Both the position numbers and the translations under genes were made by a program. From the NCBI GenBank assembly GCA_023402845.1, contig JAEYFP010000066.1, positions 5,215-69,214 on the forward strand: DNA of 64,000 nt, given 5' to 3'. Shown here one piece after another: positions 63,883 through 64,000 of the stretch. Position 1 is the first letter of the stretch. Every line of letters begins with the position of its first letter. The notes under the pieces were generated by a model. The model was not told where the DNA came from, did no database searches, and was given only the letters and a program-made list of their open reading frames with translations. This stretch comes from Bacillota bacterium. GTDB lineage: Bacteria; Bacillota; Clostridia; Lachnospirales; Lachnospiraceae.

Positions 63883-64000
63883 TGGAAAATATAACGATAG
63901 GAAATGATAGCTGCCTGTATTATAAAATAGAAGGGAATGGGCCGTTGTTATTATTGATCCATGGAGTGGCTTGTGACAGTAATTATTTTGACAGTGCGGT
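63883..64000 (+). CDS. Alpha/beta hydrolase (5' part only, runs off the window)
   Basis: MENITIGNDSCLYYKIEGNGPLLLLIHGVACDSNYF is a typical alpha/beta-hydrolase N-terminus with an HG oxyanion motif. A GGAG RBS lies upstream. Confidence 0.6.

Overview
The window looks like a chromosomal segment from a butyrate-producing Clostridia-type Firmicute, possibly Lachnospiraceae-like. That taxon guess rests only on gene content and operon style. All calls come from reading the supplied translations and the DNA by eye, with no database search. Most genes are on the + strand and are housekeeping. They include a P-type Mg2+ ATPase behind a long structured leader, and a YesM/YesN-type two-component system divergent from a CUT1 sugar ABC transporter that ends in a 633-aa ADP-ribosylglycohydrolase-like protein. 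Further along are azlCD, an ABC-2 exporter, mntP, trxB, an NlpC/P60 hydrolase and hpf. The complete butyryl-CoA operon follows (thl-crt-hbd-bcd-etfB-etfA), with a convergent ptb-buk operon. After that come secA-prfB, hom/apgM-like/lysC, tex, an FMN riboswitch with ribU, the t6A genes (tsaE, tsaB, rimI, tsaD), rnz and ispD. The right-hand ~9 kb looks accessory. It holds an abfD / NifU-like / 4-hydroxybutyrate CoA-transferase / AiiA-type lactonase cassette, and a carrier protein / adenylating enzyme / LuxE / LuxC / alpha-beta hydrolase cassette with a divergent FabZ-like gene. The most unusual DNA-level signal is several families of structured intergenic repeats. One is a ~125-nt two-hairpin element that always sits just after a terminator T-tract. 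Another is a ~174-bp MITE-like element with 12-13 bp terminal inverted repeats. A third is a modular hairpin repeat. I found no CRISPR array, tRNA, rRNA, transposase or recognisable defence gene.
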